A DNA stretch of 64,000 nt from NCBI GenBank assembly GCA_004431415.1, contig QPMI01000522.1, positions 248,001 to 312,000 of the forward strand, written 5' to 3'. Below the pieces are notes generated by a model. The model was not told the DNA's origin, ran no database searches, and saw nothing but the letters and a program-made list of their open reading frames with translations. The DNA is from Cyanophora paradoxa CCMP329 (taxonomy: Eukaryota > Plantae > Glaucophyta). Numbering within the stretch: the first letter of the stretch is position 1; every line of letters starts with the position of its first letter. Positions 1-11,600 of the stretch are shown here, in pieces. Made by a program: the position numbers and the translations under genes.

Positions 1-523
1 GGGGGAGCGCGCGGGCGCGTGCATGCGCACCCGATGTGCGGGGCGCCGGGGCGCTTCTTGGCCATGGTGGCGTCGGCGCGCGCCGGGTTCGTGAGCTCGT
101 GGCGGATCGACCTCTTCGCGCCCCGCAGGCGCATGCTCATCTCGCTCCAGCCGCCGCGCGCAGGAGCCGGTGTCCTCCCGAAGACCCGGACCGCGTGCTT
201 CGCCGGCGGGGCCGCGGACGACGCCGTCGTCGCGCCCATGTCGATCACAGCCGCCGTCGCCTCGGCCTCCGCCTCCCGCGTGTGCCGCGCCGCCTCCGCC
301 TCGACCGCATCCCACGCGCACGACGACTTCTGCGGGCGGGATCAGCGACTTGGCGAGTCCCTCTACACAGCTTTCGCTCCGGGCGCACGGTCGAGCGGAC
401 GACAACCTTGTGCGCAGGCCGGGCGGCCGGCCTGCTTTCCACTAGCTCTTGCGCGTTCTCCAAATCCACGCTCTCCATTGCGTCGCCCCCCTTGAGGTTG
501 ATAGGCGTTACAGCCGCCGCCAT
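1..523 (-). CDS. 5' part of a spliced hypothetical protein, runs off the left edge
   Basis: ATG at 523 (MAAAVTPINLKGGDAMESVDLENAQELVES..HK), GT donor, GCTGA branch and CGCAG acceptor at ~331, then an open exon KSSCAWDAVEAEAARHTREAEAE...HELTNPARADATMAKKRPGAPHI ending at a GTGCGC donor. Confidence 0.5.
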
Positions 524-1105
524 CGCACGCCGCTGGAGACTCGGGCGCTAGCGCGCACTCAGGGCTGGGCTGCCGCGGCGCAGCTAGCTATGGCCGCCCT
601 AATGCTGACACAAGGTCCAGATACCTAAAAGCAGCCCACCGAGTCGCGGGCCTCGCGGCGATTGCGAGCGGGGGTGGCGCGACCGCTGGCGATATCGATG
701 GAGCGGCGCAGCGGTACAGCTATTAGCCGGCTAGGGAGCTGCTTCCCTGCTTCGCGCTCGGGTGTTGCGCGCTTTGCTGGTATGATTTCAGCGCACCCCA
801 AGTTGCTCACTGCATGCAGGCCGCAGCTGCGGCAGGCTTCGCAATGCAGACTACCCGTACCCCCCTTCGCGAGTGGCCTTTCGTCTTTCATCTTCGAGCG
901 AAGCGATCGATGGCGGGCCATTGGCGGCCCAATCATGGATATGGATATATAAGGCTCTGCAATGCGGCAGCGCCGGGCAGGCCGGGGGCCGGCCCCGCCG
1001 GGGCAGCCTGCATGATGGCTGCATCTGAGTCATCAGGCTGAATGCGCTGCGATGGTGCGCATTGCATGCGCAGCAAAGACGAGCACGACGGCGCCTGGCG
1101 CAGGG

Positions 1106-4100
1106 CTACTGCATGGGGCACTGGGGCTGCTGCCCGCCGTGCCCCGGCGGCCGCGGCGCCGGGACCAGCATCTTGGGGTCTGTAACAACCTGCGGGCGCT
1201 CGAGCCTCAGCCCAAGTATCGCTTAAGGATAGGCTAGGCTAGGCTTGGCTTGGCTAGCCACCCCCCACTCTCCTACTCCTCGTGACCTGACCTGGAGGCG
1301 CTGGTCGATGATCTGGATGAGGTCCGTACCCGGCCCGTCGCAGATTGTGAAGATCTCCTTCGCTTTCCTGTACCCCCGGGGGACTTCAGGGGCAGGGCGG
1401 GCGACGCGGGGAGCCGCCGCACCGCAGGTGGTCGGCGGAGCGCTCGAAGAGGCGCCGGCGCAGCGCGACGGGCGCCTGCCGCGACCGTGAGGCGGGGGGA
1501 AGGGGGAAGTCCGAGGGGGGTACGCGCACGGTGGTGCCCTTCTGGTGGTAGCGGTCGGCGAGGGCCATGAGGAACTGGCCCCGCTCGGGGTGGAACGGCG
1601 GCAGGCACGCTTCCGCGTTCGCCAGCACCTGCCGAGGCTCGGCGTCAGCGCCAAGGAGAGGCTCGGGTTCAGGATACTAGTTATAGGAGCCTAAGAAGAA
1701 GAAGAGCTAGACGTGGCGCTCCGGCGCCTGTTCTACTGCACCGGGACGGGCGTCGGGAGCGGCGGGGACGGGGCCTCACCTCGCGGCCGTGGACGATGGC
1801 CTGGTCGGTCTCGTTGACGCGCATGTAGCACTGCAGGAGCAGCATGTTGCAGTGCAGCAGCAGCGAGTGGTTCTTGTGCAGCTTCTCCTTGTGCTCCGAC
1901 ATCACCTGAGGCCGCCCGGCGCTCGTTTGTTTGTTTGGTTCCGTGCGGTGCGGTCTTGCAGGCGCGGGGGCGGCACCTTCTCGATGGCGGCGGCGGCCTT
2001 GGCGAAGTCTGGCTGGGGCGGCTGCACACCGGGCGGCGCGCTCGGCTGCAGGCGGGGCGGGGCGGGGCTCAGGGACGGAGGCGGAGGCGGGGGCGGAAGG
2101 GACCGGGCGCGCCGACATGAGTTCGCGGGCGCGGCCGGCGGCCTCAGAAACGGCCCGGACGAGCCGCCCGACCTCGGCGTCGGGGCGCTTCGCCTTGCAC
2201 TTGGTGCAGCGCCAGTGCAGCACGTTCACCGGGCCCGGCACGCCCGGCGGCAGCCCGTCGTGCGAGTGGGCATCCCCCTGCGGTGCGGTACGGTTAGAGG
2301 GAGAAGAAGAAGAGAAGTGCGTGGGAGGGGTACGGCAGCGCACGTGGTCGTGGCCGCAGCAGCCGTCCCCGTGCACGTGGCCCTCCCCCCCCTCCTTCTT
2401 CTCCCCCCCCTCCTTCTTCTTCTCCTCGGTCCCCGCCTCCTTCTCGCCGGCCTTGCCCGCATCCGCAGCAGCCTTTGCCGGGGCGTCCTCGTGCAAGCCC
2501 TGCGGGGAAAGGGCCCTCGGCGGGGGGGTACGCAGGGCGGGGCGGGGCGGGGTAGACGGGCCTCGATGATGGGGACGAGGTACCCCCCGCACTTTTGGGA
2601 GAAGCACTTGACGCCGTTGAGGTACCGGCCCTGCTCGTCCGGCGACAGGCACCGCGGGCACCTGCGGGCCCCCGGCCGGACCGTGAGCGGAGGCGGGGAG
2701 GGGGGGTACAGGGGGCCCGGCTGCGCGCGCCTGCAGCAGAAGAACTTCGCCGCGCGGAGGTTCGCGTGCCGCTCGGGGGTAGAGCGCCACTGCTCCGCGT
2801 ACGAGACCTGGGGGAGGTTCGGCTCAGACAGGGCAGGGGCGGGTGGCGGGGGGTACGGGGCGTGCGCGCCGTGAGCTCGGAGCCGGCGGGGACGTCGGTG
2901 AGGCAGTGGACGGAGACGCGGCCGCGGCGGCTGGAGAAGCCGCAGTTCGGCACGCAGGAGTGCCCGAAGAGGGCTGCCTTGCAGTAGATTCCGGTACCCA
3001 GGTTGCGGTCCAGGGGCCCGTCCCCCGTGGCGAACGCGTTCACAACGATGCGCCCGATCCAGCTGCGGCGCGGCCCGAGCCTAAGAGAAGAGGACGGCCG
3101 GGCCGGGAGGGGCGGGGCGGGGCGGAAGGGGCGGGCCGACCCGACGACAAGGTCCCGGGTGATTGACTCGGGCTCGCCCTCCTTGCCCCGGATCGACTCG
3201 GGAAGATGCGCCAGAAGCCGCTCCGCCGCCGCCGCGAACACTAGGGAAGGTGGGCGGAGGAGGGAGGGAGGGGAGGGAGGGGGAGGGGTACGCTCGCGCA
3301 CTGGCGGCGTGCTGCGGGGGGAACTTGTCCAAGTGGGACTCCAGGCCCATGAACTCCGCGTACTTGCCCTTGGGCATCTTTCCCTTGCCCTCCAGGTGCC
3401 TGCCGCCGCCCCCGGCCCGTCAGTCAGCAGCGGGGCACCGCACCTCCTGCTCCCTCCCGCCCCCGCCCCCTCCCCCCTCACTTGGAGATGGCGATGCGGA
3501 AGCAGGTCCAAAGGAGGAAGGGATCGATGCGGAGTTCCATGGCCGAGTGCAGAACGTTCCGCAGGACATCGCCTGCCGCGCCGCGTCGGCGGGGCGGGCG
3601 GGCGGGCGGCGCGGGACGGGAGGGAGCGGGGGATGGGAGGCGCGGGGCCGGGGCCGGCGCGCACACTCGATGGAGTGCAGCGCTTCGTTCTTCTTCGCGC
3701 ACTCGGGCGAGCAGTACGGCAGGTCGCACTTCTTGCACCGGTGCGGCGCCGGCTTCCCCTCCTCGCGATCCACCTGCCCCCCCCCCGCCCGCCCCGGGTC
3801 ACGCGCCCGACCCACTTAGCTACGCGCCGGCCGCCGCCCCCCGGTGCCGCTCGCGCGCCCAGCCGACAGATAGGATGCTATTTGACCACGAGCCGGCCGC
3901 CCTCGCGCTCAACGCGGGGCTCCATTCGAAAGAAAGCCCCGGTCGATCCCGCGACTGGCGCACCTCGGAGGTGCAGCACAGGCAGACCATCAGAATCCGC
4001 GGGACGTTGGGGTGCGTCACGAAGTGGTCACTGCGCGCCGTGAGGGAGGCGCGTGAGAATGGCGGGGCAGCTCCGGTCACCGCGCGCGCGAAGTGCCCCG

Positions 4101-4419
4101 CGAGGCAGAGGCGGCGCGCGCTGGGTGCATGTGCCATTCTAGGTGGGACGCAGGCGCTCGCGCACTCTACGAGAACGACCTCGCCGGGCTTCACGTCGCG
4201 GGTCGGGACGATGAACCGGCCCTTCTCGGCAGACTCGCGGATCTCCAGGAGAGCTCCGATCTTCCCGATCACCTTCGAGGGCGCTGCCGGTGCTGCCGGT
4301 GCTGCGGGCGCGGCCGCCGGCGCGACGGGAGCGTCCGACGCGGCCGGAGCCGACTCGCTCGTCTGGGGCTCCGCCTGCGCCTTCGCGCCTGCACCGCCAC
4401 CTCCCTTCTTCTTTCCCAT
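1106..4419 (-). CDS. SET and MYND domain (SMYD-family) lysine methyltransferase with C-terminal TPR-like region and CaaX box; multi-exon
   Basis: Split SET-N (EKGRFIVPTRDVKPGEVVLVE), MYND finger (CLCC..RCKKCDLPYCSPECAKKNEALHSIEC), SET-C (IVVNAF..GTGIYCKAALFGHSCVPNC..ELT|VSY), post-SET cysteines (FFCC.., WRCTKC); last exon 1189-1106 reads VVTDPKMLVPAPRPPGHGGQQPQCPMQ*. Confidence 0.85.
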
Positions 4420-4652
4420 TTCGAAGCTGGGCGTTGTGTCGGTTCGCGAGTGTACCCCTGTCGAAGATCACTTCCTCCGCACGCTCCAGACTCGCGCGTC
4501 ACTGCCACCGCAAGGAAGGAAGAAGCGCCCCGGACGGGATGCGACCCAGCCTGGGCCGCCGCGGAGGAGCCCGCGTGAAGTTTCTCAGCGCTCCAGCGTA
4601 GCGCGTAAGCAGCGCTCGACCGTAGCGCGTAGGCGCGTAGGCAGCGCTCGTC

Positions 4653-7600
4653 ATGTACGGGAGACGCGCGAGCCTTCCTGGCGCGCTCTCGGTGCAGGGC
4701 GCCTCCGGTGCGGCGAGGCCAGCAGCGCTAGCGCTACCAGGCGGCGGTTTGCCGGCCGTGCCGCCAGCTGGACGTCCCGTGAGCTTCACGGGAGGCGCCG
4801 CTGGACCGCCCGGGCACGCTCTCCCGCACGTCCACTCGGGAGCGCAGCCCGCGCAGCGCTCCACGGGCCAGAATCCCTCGCATGCGGTCCCCGTCGCTTC
4901 CGCGGCGCACGGACCCGCAATCGGAGCGGGCGTCCCGCAGGCGGCGCCGCGGGCCCTTCCCGCCGCCATCGCCCGGCTGCAGCCGGGCCCGGCGCCGCCC
5001 GGGCCGTCGCCCGTCGGCGGCGTGGCCCGCAGGCGGAGCGTTGAGGGACCACTCCCGCCCCTCGGCTCCGTGGGCGGCGGCAGCGGTCCCGTTCCGAGTC
5101 CCGCCCCGCCCCTCGCCGCGCCGGCTCCCGCGCCCCGCGCCCCAGCACCCACCCCCGCGTACGTCAAAACCGAACCCGGACCCCCGGCACCCCCCGGGAC
5201 CTCCCTCCGTCCCAACCAGCCAGGAATCCGACAGCCCGTACCCCAGCCCCAGCAGCAGTCCTCGCAGGCGCCGCACCCCCTCTCCCAACAGTCTTCTTCG
5301 GCCGCCGCCCCCGCCCGCCCCCACCCGCCGGCCAAGCTTTCCCCGCCCCCCGCCGCCTCCTCTCCGGGGCCCGTACCCCCTCCTAAGCCCGCCTCCCCCG
5401 GGCCGGGGGACCTGGAGCACGCGGACGGGGGGGTGGAGTCCTTCGACGCCGGGTACGCCGACTCACGCACCGTCCGCGCCTTCCTCAGCTCCACCTTCCG
5501 GTCCGTACCCCCTTCATTTCCCTACCCCCCCCCCTTCCCTACCCTCCCTTCACTTCGACCCCTCCAGGGACATGGCCCCCGAGCGGGACGCCATCTTCAA
5601 GGTACCCCCCTCTTTTCCTCCCATCCTTTCTCCCCCCGACGCCCTCCGCTTGCAGAGTGCCGTACCCCGCATTCGGCGCGCCCTTGCGGACCGCGGCCTT
5701 TTCTTCGTCGCCGTCGATCTCCGCTGGGGTACGCCCCCTCCAGGGGGTACAGGACGCGCCGCCGTCGGCCCGCGATCGAGACCCGAACGCGCGCAGGGAT
5801 CACCGAGGAGGCTGCCAAGGGCGGGGAGGCGCGCCCGGGCCCCGCCCGCCCCGCGCGTGCCGCCCCCCGCCCCTGACGCTGTACCCTCCAGGTCGTGCGG
5901 CTGTGCCTTCGCGAGGTCTTGCGCTCGCGCTACTTTATCGGATTGTGCGCGTACCCCCATATGGATCCTTCCCCCCTCACCGCGCCCTCGGCAGCCTCAA
6001 GAAGCGCTACGGATGGCTCGCGCACACCCCCGTGCCCCCGACTCCGCCCCCCCTCCCTGACCCACCTTCCTGTACCCCCGCAGGCACCAGGACCCGAGCG
6101 CGCCCCGAGACGCCCTCCTCGCCAGGCGAGACCTTCGTACCCCTCTTCTCTCCCGTCCCACCAATAATTCGCGTAACCCCAGCTCGGTGGAGCGGGCGAC
6201 GGGCGAGTTCCCGTTTCTGCGCCGCTTCGCCGACCGAAGCGTCACTGAATGGGAGGCGCGACCCGTACCCCATGCGCCTCCCTCCCTCTAAGAGGCGCAG
6301 GTCCGACTGGGGGCCTTCCTCGATGCGTCGGTAACCCCTTTTGGCCTTCCTGCGCTTGCTCGCCCCCCCCCCCCCCCCCCCCCCCCCCGTTCTCCCCCTC
6401 TGAGCCTTGGCGGGGTACAGGGGGCGCCGGCGGTCCGGAAGGACACGAGCCGATTTTACTTCGCGAGCGCATCGCTCATGGAGGCGTCAGCACGGGTGCC
6501 CCGTACCCCTCCACTCTCAGCACCCCGCCCTGACTGGCTCGTAGGAGCCAGGAGACGCGGAGGTACCCGCGGCCGCCGCGAAGCTCGCGGCCCTCAAGGC
6601 ACGCGCGCGCTCGCACCGCACCCCCCGCCCCGTCTATTTTTAGACCGGCGGGCGCAGGAGGAAATCCGGGCGACGGAGGGCCTGCGGGTCGCCGACTACG
6701 GCGGCGCCTCCGAACTCGCCGCAGCCGTCTACGCAGACCTGATGGAGGTACCCCCATTGCCTCGTCCAGCCCCGAGGTACCCGGTTTCATAACGTGATGG
6801 GGGGTAGATGGTGGAGCGGGACTTCCCCCGGGGCCGCGAGCGGAGCTGGCTCCAGGAGGAGCGGTGCGCGCGCCGGGCGCCGGTGAAAAAGGGCCCCGCG
6901 ACGATTCGAACCGGGGCGGCGCAGGGCTGCGCACGAGGCGTTCGGGCAGGCGCGCCGCCGGCTCTACTTCGCCGATCGCGGCGACTACGAGCGGTCCGCA
7001 AATGAGATCAGATGAGATCTGAGCCGTATTCCGGCTCCTCGCTGATGTACCCCCCAGAATCGACGCGTACGCGGGCGGGAGCGGCCCTGAGCTGCTGCTC
7101 CTGCGCGGCGAGTCCGGCTCCGGCAAGTCGGGTGCGAGTGTACCCCTCTAAACGCCCGCCCGCCCCCACTCCCGCCGAGTGTACCCCCCCCCCAGCGCTG
7201 CTCGCGAACTGGAGCGCGAGCTGGCGACGGCGGTACCCCGACGACCTCCTCATCGTCCACTTTGTTGGAGGTGCGCCCCCGTACCCCCCTTCCCACCCGA
7301 AAGCCGACGGGGGTAGGGACGCAGGGAGCCAGCAGAGCGCCCGCGTGACGACCCTGATCCAGCGCGCACTTCTTACCCCCCCTCCCGCCTTCACCCCCTA
7401 CCCCCCCCGCATCGAACCGGTACCCCAGGCGGGTGGCGGAGGAGGCGCGGGAGGCGTTCCCGAACCTGCCGGCCCTCGAGATGGGCGGCCCCGAGAGCGA
7501 GGCGAGCGCTAGCTGCCCCCACTCCACTCCCAAACCAAGACAATGCCGTACAAGCTAGCGGGCGATTTAAAACAAAGCTAGTGTGCTGCCACGAATATGA

Positions 7601-8588
7601 GTTAGTTAGCTAATTATTCAGTGCCCTCCGCCGCCCCCCTCGCCTCGAATCTGACCTCGTCGCCCGGCGCCGCCGCGGCAGCTGATGGGCCGCTTCGGGG
7701 CGTGGCTCTCCGAGGCGGCGCTCTTACTCCCGCGCCGCCTCCTCCTCGTCGCCGACGCCCTCGACCAGGTCCAATACAATTTACTAACTGATTCTTCGAT
7801 AGAATCTCATAGGGCTCTATGTGATTCTTTGAATTCCGTTAGCTGGCGGACGAGGCGGACGCGCAGCTGCTGGCGTGGCTCCCGCCGGCGGCCGCGCCGC
7901 GCCTGCGCGTGATCGTCTCGACGGTGGCGGCGGGGCGGGCGGCGGAGGCGGCGGCGGCGCGCGCGCACGCCGCGCACGCGGCGGCCCCTCTGGACCCGAC
8001 CCGCCGCCGCGGCGTCATCGAGGCCTGCCTCCGCCAGGCCCGCCCGCCCGCCCTCTACTCCTTTCCTTTACTATTTACCCGCCCGCCCGCCCACCTTCAG
8101 GCCGGCAAGTCGCTGTCGGAGGGGCAGCTGGGCCGCCTGCTGCACGCCGCCCCCTGCGCCAACCCCCTCTTCCTCACGGTGCTTAAAATAGCGCGGCTAT
8201 TATTAGACTTAGGCCTCTCTGGATTAGATTCTCAGCCGCTGCGCTCTTTACGAGTCCTAGCTCCCTCGCGGTGCTTTAGCGAAGCGCTCCGGACTATACG
8301 GTGCTTAAAAAATAGCGCGGCTTCTTAGGTTTTTTCTGGTTTAGATTCCGAGCCGCTGGGCCCTAGAAAGCCTTCGCTCTGAGCCCGGCCCTGGGCTATG
8401 CGCGCCCTGAGCTTTACGCGCAGGTGCTGCTGGAGGAGCTGGAGGCGGGGGCGGTGCACGAGACGCTGGAGGCGCGCATGGGCGCCCTCCTCGCCTGCAG
8501 CGAGCCCCGCGACCTCTATGCCAAGGTGCCCCCGCCCCGCCCCGCCCCGCCCGAACCCAAGTGGAGAGAGGGTGAACGAGGGAATGAT

Positions 8589-8622
<34 letters not shown>

Positions 8623-11600
8623 CTTCGCCCTCGCCCTCCAACCATCCGCCCCCCGCGGAGAGATAGCCTAAGGACACCCAGTGCAATCAAGTCTTGCCCG
8701 ACTGGGCAGAGTCTTAACTCTACCAGCACACCTAAGCCACCTTAGGCTATCTCTCCACCCTCCGACCGTGCGCCCCCCGCGGCAGGTGATCGAGCGGTGG
8801 TCGGGCCTCTACGGCGCCGCCCTCGTCGAGGTGCCCCCGCCCCGGCCCCGCTCCGTGGCCACCGTTCCAGCTTTCTTGGACAGCGAGCGCCTTCCTACCA
8901 CTTTAAGCGCCTCTGAACTCGCCTCTGCTTCAGCCTCCGCCTAAAGCGGCGCCCCCCCTCCCCCCCCCCGCCCCCCGGAGTCCGCCCTCGGGGTCCGACG
9001 GAGGCGGGGGGGCGGGGGGCAGGGCTCCCTCTGCGCCATCGTCTGCTCCCGCCACGGCCTCGCCGACGCCGAGCTCCAGGCGAGCAAGCGCGCCCCCCTC
9101 GCGATTGTTTCCTTGCGGGGCCCGAGCGGGCGGGCGGGCCTGCGGCGCGCAGCTGCTGCTGGGGGTCGGGGACAGCGCGGGGGCCGGCGGGGCCGGCGGC
9201 GGCGGTGGCGGCGGCGGCGGCGCCGATGGCAAGGCCGTCGTCTCGCCCCTCGCGTGGTCCGCTTTCGCACATTTCTTCCATCCCGCGTTTGTTTCCTTCT
9301 GAAGCCCCGGCCCCGGCGCCGGCCCCGCGGCAGGTCGGAGTTCCTGGCTGTGGCGGGCTCCGTCCTCATCAACCGCGACGGCCTCTTCGGATTCTTCCAC
9401 CGCGCCGCCAGCGAGGCCAGCCCCTGCAAACGATAAAAACCGATCGCGATGAGCTAGACATAATATTTAATAAGAGCGCTATAATAGTAGCTAGAATTTA
9501 ACCTCCCATCCTTCCTCCTCCTCAGATCCGATCTGACCTGATCCGAGCGTCTGACCCGGGCCTCAGGCGGTGGAGGAGCTGTACGGGATCGAGGGCCGGG
9601 CGGGGGCCCCGCCGGCCGCCGCCGCCGCCCGCCGCGCCTGGCACGCGCGCCTCGGCGACTTTTTCGCTCGCCAGGCCCGCCCCGCCCCGCCCCGCCCCGC
9701 CCCGCCCCGCCCAATAGATAGGAGCCCGCCACTACTCCGCCCAGGAGTCCGCCTCGCGCTTCTCGTCCTCAGCGACCGCCACTCAGTGTGACTCCCCCTA
9801 GGGCCTGAACCCTTATCTCCGCCCGCCCCACCCCGCTCCGCCCCGCCCCGCCCCGCCCCGCTTATAATCTCCTCGCAAAGAAAGACGCGGCAGACTCGAG
9901 TTAGCAGAGGCGCCACAGTCTGACGCGCCGCCCCACGCTCTCTCTTCCGCCCATTCCTTATACTTAGAGGCGCCCGCGCCCGTCTGATGCGCAGCCGGCG
10001 GGGCGGCGGCGGGCGGAGGAGGGCCCGTGGCAGCTGGCGCGGGCCGGGGAGGCGGCGCGCCTCGCGGACCTCCTCGCCGACCTCGACACCCTCCGCCGCC
10101 TCACCGAGGCCCGCCCCGCCCGCCCCGCCCCGCCCCTCCCCGCCCCGCGCCGCACGTTCCAGCAAACGAACCGCCCCGCCCGCCCGGCCCCGCCCCGCCC
10201 GCCCCACACGTTCCAGCAAACGAACCGCCCCGCCCCGCCCCGCCCCGCCCACACCGCTTTACACGTTCCAGCAAACGAACCGCCCCGCCGCCCGGCCCCG
10301 CCCCACATGTACAGGCTCCAGCGCACAAACCGCCCCGCCCCGCCCGCCGATGCGGTGGCCCGCGCTCGCGCCCGGCCACCTCGAGCCATCCATCCTCCAT
10401 CCATCCATCCATCGCCGGGGCCGCCCAGCTCCATCTCTCCTGATTCGAGCGCCCCGCTTCGCGATCGCCGGCGCAGGCCTCGACGGGGCGGCACGAGCTC
10501 GTGGCCCTCTGGGTCGCCTCCGCCCGCAAGGAGGCACGGCCCCCGCCCTTCCCGGCCCCCTCAGCCTGCCTCTGCGGAAGACCCGCGCCGCTGCTTAGCT
10601 TTAAGTTCGATTGACCGACGGCGTACCGCAGGAGGCGCCGGCGCGGTACGAGAGGGCGATCGGGCGGGCGGAGGCGGCGGGGGCGCCCCCCGCCGAGCTC
10701 GCCCTCCACTGGCAGGCGCGCATACCCCCTCCCCTCCTTTTCCCCCCCGCCCCCCGCCTCTCTCCTCACCTTTGCTCTGCAGCGGGCGGGGGCGCTGCTG
10801 CGGCTGCTGGGGCTCCTCAGCGACGCCACCCCCTTTCTCGAGCGCGCCGTGCGCCCCTTCGAATTCTAATTGTTTGCTGTTGGGTCCTTTAGATCCGAAG
10901 ACCACTCAAGATCACTTTAGAGCGCGCCGTGTGCCTTTGAAGCTTTCAGTTGGGCGACTCGGTCTTCGCTTCTCGAGCGCGCCGAGCAACAATAATTCCG
11001 GGTCCTTTAGATCACTTCGGATCGCTCCTTAGCTGGCCGAGCGATGCTGATCGGGGCCCCCGCGCCCGTGCAGGTGAAGCTGATGGACGCGTCGGGCGCC
11101 GAGGACCCCGCCTCCCAGCTCCAGGCGCGGCCCCCCCTCTCCCTCCTCTTCCTTCCCTCCCTTCCTGTGCGGCTAGCACTAAGGCGCGCTCGCACGCTTG
11201 CACTCGCGCGCTTCGATACGACTCGGAAGGCGGCGGGGGCGTGCGAGGAGCTGGCGAACCTCTGCGCGGACCGGGGGCGCTACGACCGCGCCCTCCCCCT
11301 CCTCCAGGCCCGCCCGACTCAACGCTTGAACCGCCTCGCCCTTAAGCTTCTCTCTCACTTTGCTGGATGGCAGCGGGCGATGGCGATCCGTACGGGGGCG
11401 CAGGGTCCCCGGCACCCCGACGTCGCCCACTGGTTCGTTCGAGAGATCTGATGCCCCGAGAGATGCTAGCGCCGGCCGCTTGTGATTATTATCGACCGGC
11501 TGGCGCCCACGGCTCGCAGCCTGGACAGCCTGGCGGCCCTGTACTACCAGCAGGGCGAGGCGCGCCCGGCCCCGCCCACCCGATCCGATCCGATCCGACC

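Noticed and set aside
10153-10345. Repeat-spacer pattern resembling a CRISPR array (also 62395-62469)
   Set aside because: Spacers are low-complexity or absent, the context is eukaryotic and there are no cas genes.
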